Origin: a virus
Virus record (IMG/VR): IMGVR_UViG_3300043442_000189
Strand: one strand, 5' to 3'
Length of the DNA: 33,075 nt
Of the stretch, positions 8,991 to 16,739 are shown in pieces. The notes beneath the pieces were generated by a model, which saw nothing but the letters and a program-made list of their open reading frames with translations, did not search any database and had not been told where the DNA came from. Position 1 is the first letter of the stretch; each line of letters begins with the position of its first letter. A program made the translations under genes and the position numbers.

Positions 8991-9855
8991 ACATTACATA
9001 CTTGGTGAACGTGAAGACAGACTCGACTCTCATTTAATTGAGGGTCGAGCACTTCATTGTTTACTATTAGAACAGGAGAAGTTTGATGATTACTTTGTAG
9101 TATCACCAAGCAGTCTACCTGGCGACAATGCGAAGAAAGTTATTGACAAAGTGTATGCACTATCTTGCCAAGAAGGTTGTGAAGCATTATCTTTGTCATC
9201 TCATGAGGTAGTCATACTCGATATTCTAAGAGAGATCAATTTACACCAGAGTCTTAAGACTGATCAACAGCGTGTAGAGAAGATGCTCACTGCAGAGAAT
9301 ATCAGTTATTATGAGTTTCTAAAATCAAGAGGATCGAAGACTGTTATAGACCAAGAGACTTATGATAAACTCAAAGGTTATGTTGAAATCATACTCAGTA
9401 ATGAATCAGTTACTAGCTTGCTCCAGTTAGGTTCTCCTAACAGTCGGAGTGAGGTGCCACTAGAAGCTGATACTCAGTATGGTTTCGGGTTGAAAGGTAT
9501 TGTAGACAATTATGTTTATGATCCTGAAACTAAAGTTGTTACAATCAATGACTTTAAAACAACCGGTAAAACAATCAGTGAGTTTAAAGAAACTGTTGAC
9601 TACTATAAGTATTGGTTACAAGCAGCTGTTTATTACAAGTTGATACAAGCAAACTTTAGTGGATTATCAGAGATCAGATTTAATTTCATAGTTATTGATA
9701 AGTACCAACAGGTATTCGCGTTTCCTGTTTGTGCTGCTACGTTGCATAGCTGGGTCTGGAGTCTTGATGAAATACTAGAGAAAGCAAATTACCACTACAC
9801 AAATAGAAGGTATGACTTACCTTATGAGTATCTTGTAAATAAGATCTCACTGTAA
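8887..9855 (+). CDS. PD-(D/E)XK exonuclease (RecE/exonuclease VIII-like)
   Basis: FSYSSL, GRALHCLLLE, SEVPL, LKGIVD, INDFKTT and YWLQAAVY. Confidence 0.8.
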   Translation: MTTDFQAEERFYSKKFQFSYSSLNKLMFVPNTFYKHYILGEREDRLDSHLIEGRALHCLLLEQEKFDDYFVVSPSSLPGDNAKKVIDKVYALSCQEGCEALSLSSHEVVILDILREINLHQSLKTDQQRVEKMLTAENISYYEFLKSRGSKTVIDQETYDKLKGYVEIILSNESVTSLLQLGSPNSRSEVPLEADTQYGFGLKGIVDNYVYDPETKVVTINDFKTTGKTISEFKETVDYYKYWLQAAVYYKLIQANFSGLSEIRFNFIVIDKYQQVFAFPVCAATLHSWVWSLDEILEKANYHYTNRRYDLPYEYLVNKISL

Positions 9856-9867
9856 ACTAAAAAACGA

Positions 9868-10434
9868 ATGGTCAAAAACTTGTATAAGAAGTATACTCAA
9901 AAATCAAGGATATTCCTTTATCCTTTACTGGGTATCAAAAGAGGTGCTGCTGTAGTTCCCGTAGAGACTTATGTTTCTATAGAAGGATTACACAAACCTG
10001 AAGATATGAAGTTGATTTGTTTGTACCATCTAAGAACTGATTTAGAGTTTAGAAGTTTTGAGAAAGCTAGATTACTAAACAATCCTAAGTTTGAGAATTT
10101 TCATGAGCTAGAAGATAACAAAGGTTTATACATCTTTGACTTTAGCGATGAATCTTCTTTATGGAATTGTTTTCTTTCTGGTAAATACTCTAAGATAGAT
10201 AAAGAGACTAAGTCTTCGATACTGTTATTCTTTGCGAATAATCCATCTAACAGAGACTTGATTAATAGCTATCTTAATCCTGAATCTTACTTTAAATCAT
10301 ATGCTGAGTATTTGAATGTACCTGTATCTCTTCTTCGTGAAGTAGGTGAACTGTGCTCAGTTCCCAGTCTTGAGAAAGAAACTCTCAAAGTTGATGTAAA
10401 ACAAAATCAGTTTCTGTCTATATTTGATCTCTAA
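9868..10434 (+). CDS. Hypothetical phage protein
   Basis: 188-aa ORF in the operon with an A-rich leader; no motif recognised. Confidence 0.75.
   Translation: MVKNLYKKYTQKSRIFLYPLLGIKRGAAVVPVETYVSIEGLHKPEDMKLICLYHLRTDLEFRSFEKARLLNNPKFENFHELEDNKGLYIFDFSDESSLWNCFLSGKYSKIDKETKSSILLFFANNPSNRDLINSYLNPESYFKSYAEYLNVPVSLLREVGELCSVPSLEKETLKVDVKQNQFLSIFDL
10419..10426 (+). promoter_or_regulatory. Possible Bacteroidota-type -7 promoter element (TAnnTTTG)
   Basis: TATATTTG ends 18 nt before ATG 10445. The upstream TTG (10391-10393) is 25 nt away, longer than the canonical spacing. Confidence 0.35.
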
Positions 10435-10444
10435 AAACCAATTT

Positions 10445-10822
10445 ATGAATAATATGATGTTAATTACTTCCACATGGAAGAGCGGTAAGACATTCAAAAT
10501 GATCCCAACAGATGCAGAATGTCCTTATGTAGAATGTATTTTTGATGCTGATATGAAAGTGTTAGCTGTCATTGGTGCAGTGCAGAAAGATATCTTTCAC
10601 ATGATGCCAAAGATTGATCCTAACGGTGATATCGAAATGAGAAAGACTCCTTCTCGTGAGGGTAAACCTTACAAGGAAGAACGTCGTACTATCGAAACTT
10701 TCCAAGAATATTATATTGAGGAAATAAGTGAGATTCGCGAGTTCGTAAAGATGTTTGCTATCAATGCTAGTACGTTTGATATTGAGCAATACATCACAAA
10801 ACCTGTAGAAACAGCTGAATAA
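10445..10822 (+). CDS. Hypothetical phage protein (ATG 10445 preferred over TTG 10424)
   Basis: The A-rich leader CTAAAAACCAATTT precedes ATG 10445; coupled to the polymerase gene by TAATG. Confidence 0.75.
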   Translation: MNNMMLITSTWKSGKTFKMIPTDAECPYVECIFDADMKVLAVIGAVQKDIFHMMPKIDPNGDIEMRKTPSREGKPYKEERRTIETFQEYYIEEISEIREFVKMFAINASTFDIEQYITKPVETAE

Positions 10823-12813
10823 TGACTAACTGGGTCCACGACTATGAGACCTTGATTAATTGTTTTGTCGCAGTATTCATTGATTACAGATCTGATGAAA
10901 CTAAAGTATTTGTAGTACACGAGACGCAGAATGATTATCCACAACTCTATGAGTTCTTACAGGAATGTAAGCACGAAGAGGTGTGGCACATCTCATTCAA
11001 TGGTATTAACTTTGACTCTCAGATAACCGAGTTTATCATACGAGAAGGTGAGTACTATCTAGATGAACCTGCTGAGAATATTGCTCACATACTTTATCTT
11101 AAAGCACAGGATACTATCGATCGCTCCAACAAAGGAGAGTTCGCTGAGTATCCTGAACGTGCTTTGAGTATCAAACAGATTGACGTATTCAGATTAAATC
11201 ACTGGGATAATCCAGCAAAAAGATCCAGTCTTAAATGGATCGAATTCTCTATGGATTGGAATAACGTTCGCGATATGCCAATCAAACATAGCACTCTGAT
11301 CACAACTAAGGAACAGATAAACACTATAGTAAGTTACTGTATTAATGATGTTAAAGCTACCAAACAAGTAATGCTCCTGAGTAAGGAACAGATCCTGTTG
11401 CGTAAAGCATTGACTAATGAGTACGGAATAAATCTGTACAGTGCTTCTGAACCAAAGATTTCTAAGGAACTGTTCTTGCATTTCTTGGGTAAGAAACTTC
11501 AAATGAAGAAGTATGATCTTAAGCAACTGCGAACTATCAGAGAATCAATTGTAGTTAAAGACATCCTATTGGATTACATATCGTTTAATCGTAAGGAGTT
11601 TAAAAACATCCATGAGAAGTTTAAAGCTTTAACGATTAATCCTAATGATACAAAGGGCGGGTTTAAATACTCTGTTACTCATAAAGGTGTAAAGACAGAC
11701 TTCGGTTTGGGTGGTGTACATGGTGCTACCAAAGCTGGTGTGTATGAAGCAAAAGACGGAATGATCATCATGACTTCAGATGTTACCAGTTTCTATCCTA
11801 ATCTAGCGATTAGAAATAGATGGTCTCCAGCGCATCTACCTAAAGAAGATTTCTGTGACCAATATGAGTGGTTCTTTGAAGAAAGAAAGAAGATTCCTAA
11901 GAAAGATCCGAAGAACTATGTATACAAGATTATTCTTAACAGTACTTATGGTTTAAGTAATGATGAGAATAGTTTTCTGTATGATCCAGAGTTCACAATG
12001 CGTATTACAATCAATGGTCAACTTAGTCTAATCATGTTGTATGAGATGTTATCTGACGGTATTCCCGGAAGTATACCACTCATGCAAAATACAGATGGTC
12101 TCGAGATGTTGATTCCTGCAAGTTACAAAGATAAATATCTTGAAATATGCAGTAAGTGGGAAGAACTGACCATGTTACAGTTAGAACATGATGAGTATGA
12201 GAAGATGATTATCGGTGATGTCAACAACTATATCGCCGTATTCAAAGAGAAAGAACTAAGTAAAGAGGATTGGGATAGTCTCAAGAAGAAGTCTCCGCAC
12301 TATGTGTTCAAGGAAGTAAGTGGTAAGTATTATTTCAATGCTACCAAGTGTAAAGGTAGATTTGAGTTTTCAGATCTAGCGCTGCACAAGAATAAGTCTG
12401 CTTTGATAGTGCCAAAAGCGATTTATTATTACTTCGTACACAGTGTTATTCCAGATGTATTCCTACAGACTAACCGTAATATCCTAGATTATTGTATTGG
12501 TGTTAAGCGTAAAGGTGATTGGATCTTTATAGAAACATGTTTTGTAAAAGGTGTTAGACAAGATAGAGAGTTACAAGCAGTTGTAAGGTACTATGTATCT
12601 AACAAAGGTTGTAAAATTATCAAGGTCAACAAAGCTGATGGTAGAGAGTCTCGTGTAGAAGCAGGTAAATGGTTACAAACTGAGTTTAATCTTTTTGAGA
12701 TTAAATCTTGGAATGACTATGATGTTAATGACGAGTACTATCTAGAAAGGATCTATAAAGAGATCGAGAATATCAGCAAAGAAAAAGAAAAGTCACAACT
12801 AACTTTATTTTAA
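10822..12813 (+). CDS. polB: Family B DNA polymerase with 3'-5' exonuclease domain
   Basis: Exo I HDYET, Exo II FNGINFD, Exo III YCINDV; polymerase motifs SDVTSFYPN, KIILNSTYG and QNTDG, plus DVNNY. Confidence 0.92.
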   Translation: MTNWVHDYETLINCFVAVFIDYRSDETKVFVVHETQNDYPQLYEFLQECKHEEVWHISFNGINFDSQITEFIIREGEYYLDEPAENIAHILYLKAQDTIDRSNKGEFAEYPERALSIKQIDVFRLNHWDNPAKRSSLKWIEFSMDWNNVRDMPIKHSTLITTKEQINTIVSYCINDVKATKQVMLLSKEQILLRKALTNEYGINLYSASEPKISKELFLHFLGKKLQMKKYDLKQLRTIRESIVVKDILLDYISFNRKEFKNIHEKFKALTINPNDTKGGFKYSVTHKGVKTDFGLGGVHGATKAGVYEAKDGMIIMTSDVTSFYPNLAIRNRWSPAHLPKEDFCDQYEWFFEERKKIPKKDPKNYVYKIILNSTYGLSNDENSFLYDPEFTMRITINGQLSLIMLYEMLSDGIPGSIPLMQNTDGLEMLIPASYKDKYLEICSKWEELTMLQLEHDEYEKMIIGDVNNYIAVFKEKELSKEDWDSLKKKSPHYVFKEVSGKYYFNATKCKGRFEFSDLALHKNKSALIVPKAIYYYFVHSVIPDVFLQTNRNILDYCIGVKRKGDWIFIETCFVKGVRQDRELQAVVRYYVSNKGCKIIKVNKADGRESRVEAGKWLQTEFNLFEIKSWNDYDVNDEYYLERIYKEIENISKEKEKSQLTLF

Positions 12814-12814
12814 A

Positions 12815-13879
12815 ATGCCCTTTAAATTATCAATGGGTGGGTCCACAGAGAGTTATCTCTGTGACCCTTCCCTCATTCCTTCACATGGAGGACGTTACAA
12901 AGTAATTACTAACGCTAGTGTGTTAAGCACTGTGCGTCAAGAACTAGCAACAGCTGGTTTAATTGTAGATAGAGAATTGTTTTCATCTAATGGAAATGTA
13001 TCAGTGGGTAACCACTATATATCTTACGGTACAGATGAGAATGTAGGTATTGTATTTACCTGGGTTAACTCTTATGATAAGAGTACCCGTTTCCATTGTA
13101 GCATTGGTTTACACTTTAAAGACAACGACGGAGTTATGATGACTTCAGACATGGCATTCTTTATGCGTAAACATACTGGTACTGCAGATGTAGAGATGGT
13201 TGATGCTGTAAAGAATCAAGTAGCTCGAGTATCTGATTTCTATAATGAGTTAATGACCCGCAAGTCTAATCTAGAGTTACTTACTATATCTAGAGACGAG
13301 ATGGGTGATATCATTGGTAGAGCATTTATTAATGACTACTTGAAAGCAGATCAGCTTACAGCAACCAAGCACTATTATGAAAGCTTGAAGAAAGATGAGA
13401 TTACTTACTGGGAAGCTTACTTTACACTAGCTTCTAGTATTAAGCACTCTCATCCTAAGTTTTATACTAGATCTCATATTGGTTGTTTTGATACTGTATA
13501 TGCAGCGTATCTTCATAGAGCTGTAATAAGTACACCACCTTCTGTAATAAGTGCACTAGCTGCAGGTTTAACTACACCAGTTGATCCTGCTCAGATTAAT
13601 ATCTTTGATGTTATTGCTGAAGAGGAAGAGCTGCATGTAGATATGACCAATGATTTGTTGATTCCTGGTCTTGATTATGATGAACCTAGTGTACATCATC
13701 CTGTAGATACGAAGGCTGAACCTGAAGTATTTGATTTTGAAGAAGAAGAGGTACCGTTTGATACTACACCTGTACCAGACTCGTTCTATGAAGATCAAGA
13801 AAAAGTTGAAAATACCTTGTCTAAAGAGGATGAATTCTTTAACTTTGGTGATGAATCAATTGATTTACCAGAATTGTAA
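12815..13879 (+). CDS. DUF932-like protein with a long acidic C-terminal tail
   Basis: RYKVITN and NSYDKSTRF...RKHTG resemble DUF932; the last ~90 aa are very D/E-rich and end in DLPEL. Confidence 0.5.
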   Translation: MPFKLSMGGSTESYLCDPSLIPSHGGRYKVITNASVLSTVRQELATAGLIVDRELFSSNGNVSVGNHYISYGTDENVGIVFTWVNSYDKSTRFHCSIGLHFKDNDGVMMTSDMAFFMRKHTGTADVEMVDAVKNQVARVSDFYNELMTRKSNLELLTISRDEMGDIIGRAFINDYLKADQLTATKHYYESLKKDEITYWEAYFTLASSIKHSHPKFYTRSHIGCFDTVYAAYLHRAVISTPPSVISALAAGLTTPVDPAQINIFDVIAEEEELHVDMTNDLLIPGLDYDEPSVHHPVDTKAEPEVFDFEEEEVPFDTTPVPDSFYEDQEKVENTLSKEDEFFNFGDESIDLPEL

Positions 13880-13885
13880 TTAACT

Positions 13886-13930
13886 GACCCTGGGGGTATG
13901 ACCCTTGCATGCCCCCTTGGGGTCTTATTT
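13886..13930 (+). terminator. GC-rich hairpin, putative terminator or RNA-processing site
   Basis: Outer stem GACCC/GGGTC and inner stem GGGGGTATG/CATGCCCCC, followed by a weak U-tract (TTATTT). Confidence 0.6.
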
Positions 13931-13938
13931 AATTGAAA

Positions 13939-14469
13939 ATGAACAAGATAGAATTCAACAAATTAGTAGATGAGCGTATCAAGCTTATCCAATCTGTATT
14001 ACAAAAGAAAGGCGCTGAGTATGCTAACGACAAAGATGTATTCCACAACTTTGAAGAAGGTACTAAGATGTCCTTTCATGACACACGTGAGATGGTAGCT
14101 TGGGAGTATATGATGAAGCATATGATATCTATTAAAGATATGATATCTAGTAAGAGCACATTCTCTGAGCATACAATCCGTGAGAAGTTTGGTGATGCTA
14201 TAAACTATCTAATCTTAATGGAAGCTATGATGTTAGACTCTAATGGTATTCAAAAAAGATTCTGTGAAGCTGTGAAAGAAACAACAGCAAAAGCTGAAAA
14301 AAAGATAGAACAGTTACGCACTGAAGGTTATGAAAGAGGTGTAGATCAACTAGGTTTTCCTAGAATGTCTAGTAATAGTACACCTAATAAAATGGTTTAC
14401 CCTACAGATAAAGTAAAATTTCAACAACTGCCACCAAACTATGATGAGTGGTATTATTCTAGTTATTAA
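13939..14469 (+). CDS. DUF1599/nucleotide-modification-associated all-alpha NTP-PPase-like protein
   Basis: LQKKGAEYA, VFHNFE, MKH and EKFGDAINYLIL; ATG 13939 preferred over TTG 13933. Confidence 0.55.
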   Translation: MNKIEFNKLVDERIKLIQSVLQKKGAEYANDKDVFHNFEEGTKMSFHDTREMVAWEYMMKHMISIKDMISSKSTFSEHTIREKFGDAINYLILMEAMMLDSNGIQKRFCEAVKETTAKAEKKIEQLRTEGYERGVDQLGFPRMSSNSTPNKMVYPTDKVKFQQLPPNYDEWYYSSY

Positions 14470-14470
14470 T

Positions 14471-14854
14471 ATGCAAGATGTAATTAACGCTGTAAAGCAC
14501 TTCCACGATGTATTCGGTCAACACTATGCATCAGAACCAAGTTTAATTAAAGAAAAAGAATATCAATTAAGACATGATCTCCAAGCTGAAGAACTCTTTG
14601 AATATCTTCTCGCATGTCGTGAGAACGATTTGGTGGGTATTGCTGATGCTCTTGGTGATCAGTTATATATATTGGTGGGCACCATTCTTAAACATGGTTT
14701 GCAAGATAAGATCGTCGAAGTATTTGAAGAGATCCAAAGATCTAACATGAGTAAGTTAGGAGAAGACGGACGACCTGTTCTTAGAGAAGATGGTAAGATC
14801 CTAAAAGGACCTAACTACACTAAACCAGATATTAAAAAGATATTAGGAGTCTAA
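14471..14854 (+). CDS. mazG: MazG-like nucleoside triphosphate pyrophosphohydrolase
   Basis: EELFEY, IADALGDQLYI, FEEIQRSNMSK and REDGKILKGPNY; likely start is ATG 14471. Confidence 0.85.
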   Translation: MQDVINAVKHFHDVFGQHYASEPSLIKEKEYQLRHDLQAEELFEYLLACRENDLVGIADALGDQLYILVGTILKHGLQDKIVEVFEEIQRSNMSKLGEDGRPVLREDGKILKGPNYTKPDIKKILGV

Positions 14855-14991
14855 CCTTGACCCCTATACATCTTAACGTAATTCTTACTTGTTTTTAGTT
14901 TACTTGTTTTTTTCTTAGCTACAACCCCAGGACGCTTTTTACGAGCGTTCTTGGGTGCGTAGTTATTCTTTGCAGTATTTACCTTTGCCAT
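14851..14991 (-). CDS. 46-aa highly basic protein (not in the ORF track)
   Basis: MAKVNTAKNNYAPKNARKKRPGVVAKKKTSKLKTSKNYVKMYRGQG*; 15 K/R and no D/E; its stop overlaps the mazG stop. Confidence 0.7.
   Translation of the reverse strand: MAKVNTAKNNYAPKNARKKRPGVVAKKKTSKLKTSKNYVKMYRGQG
14926..14955 (+). terminator. Imperfect hairpin, possible terminator for the plus-strand block
   Basis: CCCAGGACGCT / AGCGTTCTTGGG with one G-U pair and one bulge, about 70 nt after the last plus-strand stop; weak U-tract. Confidence 0.3.
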
Positions 14992-15089
14992 ACGTTAGGG
15001 TTCTTTGGTTGTTTTGGTTTTTGAGTACGAGCTTCCTTGATTATGCTATCAAGTTTGTTGTTCTCAGGTTTGAAGGGTTTGTTCTTCAT
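14979..15089 (-). CDS. 36-aa basic Pro/Lys-rich peptide (not in the ORF track)
   Basis: MKNKPFKPENNKLDSIIKEARTQKPKQPKNPNVWQR*; fills the gap between two small ORFs and overlaps the next start. Confidence 0.4.
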   Translation of the reverse strand: MKNKPFKPENNKLDSIIKEARTQKPKQPKNPNVWQR

Positions 15090-15101
15090 ATAATAATATA
15101 G
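15087..15101 (-). promoter_or_regulatory. Putative phage late-promoter motif, copy 2
   Basis: The minus strand reads CTATATTATTATATG, near-identical to GTATATTATATATG at 17694-17707. Confidence 0.35.
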
Positions 15102-15257
15102 TTAAGATCCGCAATATAAACAACCGTCATCTTCGTTATCATGCCAGTCATCGTGTTTTTCCATAATACGCTTGACTTCCTCATTAATTTGATCTTGTGA
15201 CCAATCTGGGTTCATAGCTCTAATCTGTGCTCTCAAAAAATAATAATTACTGTCCAT
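15102..15257 (-). CDS. 51-aa acidic peptide with a C-terminal CxxC (not in the ORF track)
   Basis: MDSNYYFLRAQIRAMNPDWSQDQINEEVKRIMEKHDDWHDNEDDGCLYCGS*; coupled to the upstream gene by TGATG. Confidence 0.7.
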   Translation of the reverse strand: MDSNYYFLRAQIRAMNPDWSQDQINEEVKRIMEKHDDWHDNEDDGCLYCGS

Positions 15258-15721
15258 CAGTTTGTTAGAATTAGTAGTACTCCTAATAATAAGGTACTAC
15301 AACCTAACCCAATGTTCCAATTAATAGACTTAGAATGTTTTAATTTTAACACATTATGTTCTTCTTGAAGCTTATTATGTACTTCTAAGAGACTATTATA
15401 ATTCTCAGCATAGATCTTTGCATCACCTATACATTTGTTATACTTTGTTGTTAATAAGTTTATCTCAAAGTTTTTGTCACCTATAGCATTATTCAAATCT
15501 AAGATTATACTATCTTTTAGAACTATAGATTTAGAACAATACTTATAGTCTATAAGTGCGTTGAGTATACTCTTCTCCTGAGCAGGAGTTAAGAATATAC
15601 CGGGATTACCATTAATGATTAATCTTTGGGGAGTAAACTGACCAGAGACTGTCAAGTTGCTTATCAGTAGCACGCTTAACAATATCATGTGCTTGATTAC
15701 GTTGGTTTTTATTTTCATCAT
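15257..15721 (-). CDS. Spanin-like lysis accessory protein (signal peptide, coiled coil, C-terminal hydrophobic helix)
   Basis: Signal-like segment ILLSVLLISNLTVSG followed by Q; heptad-rich middle; C-terminal IGLGCSTLLLGVLLIL; overlaps the upstream TM gene by 110 nt. Confidence 0.5.
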   Translation of the reverse strand: MMKIKTNVIKHMILLSVLLISNLTVSGQFTPQRLIINGNPGIFLTPAQEKSILNALIDYKYCSKSIVLKDSIILDLNNAIGDKNFEINLLTTKYNKCIGDAKIYAENYNSLLEVHNKLQEEHNVLKLKHSKSINWNIGLGCSTLLLGVLLILTN

Positions 15722-15968
15722 CTTTCTTATTTAAGCTTCTAATATGTATAATACGTAAACTATCTACATGTGCTAAGCTATCATGTAGTACTTTCATCTT
15801 TAAAGAATCTATAGTTAGACTGTCTGTATTAATTTTTTGTAGTACTTTGTTGTACTTCTGCTCATTGTCTGTAGCTCTGTATATACAATACACAAATGCT
15901 GTACCTACAACAAGCATTAACACTACTAAGAATATATCTTTAAGCAGTTGTTCCTGATTCTCCTTCAT
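15612..15968 (-). CDS. i-spanin-like protein (N-terminal TM helix plus coiled coil)
   Basis: TM segment IFLVVLMLVVGTAFVYCIY, then a helical region with repeated DSL; directly downstream of the holin-like gene. Confidence 0.55.
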   Translation of the reverse strand: MKENQEQLLKDIFLVVLMLVVGTAFVYCIYRATDNEQKYNKVLQKINTDSLTIDSLKMKVLHDSLAHVDSLRIIHIRSLNKKDDENKNQRNQAHDIVKRATDKQLDSLWSVYSPKINH

Positions 15969-16194
15969 CTGGTTTGTTGGTTTTTTTACTAAATACTGAC
16001 TCTACTACGGTACCTCCGTAACCTGCTATAACAATCATCACCAACCAGTCAAATACATAGTCCGGAGTTTTGTGTTCTGTAAGAGTGTTTACGTATGACA
16101 GGGATAATAAAACAACAAGAGTAAGTCCTGAACTTACTCTCTTAAATGATATATCTCCTTTACTCGAGAAGATATTATGAAGAATGTTCTTCAT
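15940..16194 (-). CDS. Putative holin (two TM helices)
   Basis: 84 aa; SFKRV followed by two hydrophobic segments and a charged C-terminus; coupled to the lysin gene by TAATG. Confidence 0.65.
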   Translation of the reverse strand: MKNILHNIFSSKGDISFKRVSSGLTLVVLLSLSYVNTLTEHKTPDYVFDWLVMIVIAGYGGTVVESVFSKKTNKPDEGESGTTA

Positions 16195-16739
16195 TAGAAT
16201 TCTTTTAATAGTGTATAGGTGAATTTCTTAAACCCAGACTTCTTGCATTTGTCTAATAACTGTGCAAACTGTTTTGGATCATTAAGAACTTGACATCCCG
16301 CAGACCATTTGTCTATGAGTTTAGATACAATACTAGGATTAGCGCGGTGAATATTAATACCAAAGATACCGGTCTCTGTAACTTTAGACTCTTCAGCAAC
16401 GTCATTCTTGTTACCATCTCTATATACAGTAACAGCTTTACATTGAGTCAATGCTTCGTACTTACCTTGGTGCATACCGATCTGCCAGCAGTCATCCCAT
16501 TGTCCAGGTACTAATAACGCTGCACCTTTTGGATTAAGTAAATTCTGCAACCAGTGTGTTCCAGGATTAGTAGTGCAGGTATACCAAGTGATATTATCCT
16601 TTTCTATTACACCAATAAGATCATCAAACTGATTCTTAGCATTAGCATTAGATCTAATACCTACTAAATGAAAAACTGGGAAGTCATATCCCAATCTTTC
16701 AAACTCAGCTTTGAGTTCTTTTACTGTGTACTTTTTCAT
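16194..16739 (-). CDS. Putative endolysin with an L,D-transpeptidase (YkuD-like) catalytic motif
   Basis: GINIH-x14-SAGCQV matches the YkuD H-x(14-17)-S-x-G-C pattern; immediately upstream of holin/spanin-like genes. Confidence 0.65.
   Translation of the reverse strand: MKKYTVKELKAEFERLGYDFPVFHLVGIRSNANAKNQFDDLIGVIEKDNITWYTCTTNPGTHWLQNLLNPKGAALLVPGQWDDCWQIGMHQGKYEALTQCKAVTVYRDGNKNDVAEESKVTETGIFGINIHRANPSIVSKLIDKWSAGCQVLNDPKQFAQLLDKCKKSGFKKFTYTLLKEF

Noticed and set aside
8887-9855. Cas4 or CRISPR association of the PD-(D/E)XK nuclease
   Set aside because: There is no four-Cys Fe-S pattern, no repeat-spacer array and no other cas gene in the window.
10822-12813. Intein or intron in PolB (extra segment between DVNNY and KCKG)
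   Set aside because: The segment is only about 30 aa, has no intein terminal motifs, and the ORF is continuous.
1033-13798. Minus-strand ORFs in the track within the replication block (for example 1033..1512, 5691..5981, 7782..8261, 11194..11526)
   Set aside because: They are antisense shadows of well-supported plus-strand genes, with no motifs.
14855-15256. Apparent 400-nt non-coding gap (tRNA, ncRNA or origin)
   Set aside because: It is tiled by three small minus-strand ORFs, no cloverleaf is evident, and the TTACTTGTTTT duplication simply encodes the repeated KTSK.
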